DNA of 32,000 nt from Paramicrosporidium saccamoebae KSL3 (lineage: Eukaryota > Fungi > Cryptomycota): assembly GCA_002794465.1 (NCBI GenBank), contig MTSL01000149.1, positions 30,100 to 62,099 of the forward strand, written 5' to 3'. How positions within the stretch are numbered: position 1 is the first letter of the stretch; each line of letters starts with the position of its first letter. The notes beneath the pieces were generated by a model. It saw only the letters and a list, made by a program, of their open reading frames with translations. It was not told the origin of the DNA and searched no databases. Below are positions 31,721 through 32,000 of the stretch, in pieces. The translations under genes were made by a program, and so were the position numbers.

Positions 31721-31873
31721 GCTACCATGAACGCATTTAGTGTTGCAGAATTTCCATGTATCACCAATGTGAAAAACTATCGACGCTGATTGGTCAACAT
31801 CTTACAGCGCACCCTTGCAACCTCAATAACTGAGGCCGACAACTCTCAGCGGCATATTACAAAAGGCCAAATC

Positions 31874-32000
31874 ATGCAAAGCGCCCCGTCTCGCGAGTCT
31901 GCTACCACTGGATCATCCGCCGAAGCCCTCCCGCAAGCCAAGGTAGAGTGCCCCATTGTCCTCTCCTCCCCACCACCCCTCTCCCCCCCTCCCGCCGACA
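31874..32000 (+). CDS. Possible 5' end of a gene (MQSAPSRESATTGSSAEALPQAK...), truncated by window edge
   Basis: ATG 31874 is open to the window end, with a possible AAG|GTAGAG donor at 31943 and TATA and CCAAT boxes upstream; no homology visible. Confidence 0.35.
   Translation, partial: MQSAPSRESATTGSSAEALPQAKVECPIVLSSPPPLSPPPAD

Overview
This is gene-dense eukaryotic nuclear DNA, not prokaryotic. It holds about 21 protein-coding genes with fungal-type homologues: RVB1, VPS34, UDP-glucose dehydrogenase, PQ-loop/ANY1, Canopy-like, GPI8, SERINC/TMS1, USE1, LSB6, BRN1, MET22/HAL2, TAF12, SMC4, GPI18, TTI2, MscS, RRG7-like, plus several orphans. The ORF track fragments many genes because they carry ultra-short GT-AG spliceosomal introns. 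I reconstructed 31 of these by hand, all 29-39 nt, and every spliced model is divisible by 3 and restores conserved motifs. Some divergent start codons are only about 35 nt apart. Compaction, tiny introns and a retained mitochondrial-type gene suggest a Rozellomycota/early-microsporidian lineage such as Paramicrosporidium (inference only). The best unexplained element is a roughly 190-nt structured non-coding segment after MET22 (about 18222-18410) carrying the ordered motifs of an RNase MRP RNA. Also notable is a Canopy-like saposin protein that appears membrane-anchored with a KKXX tail. I saw no mobile elements, CRISPR arrays, tRNA or rRNA genes.
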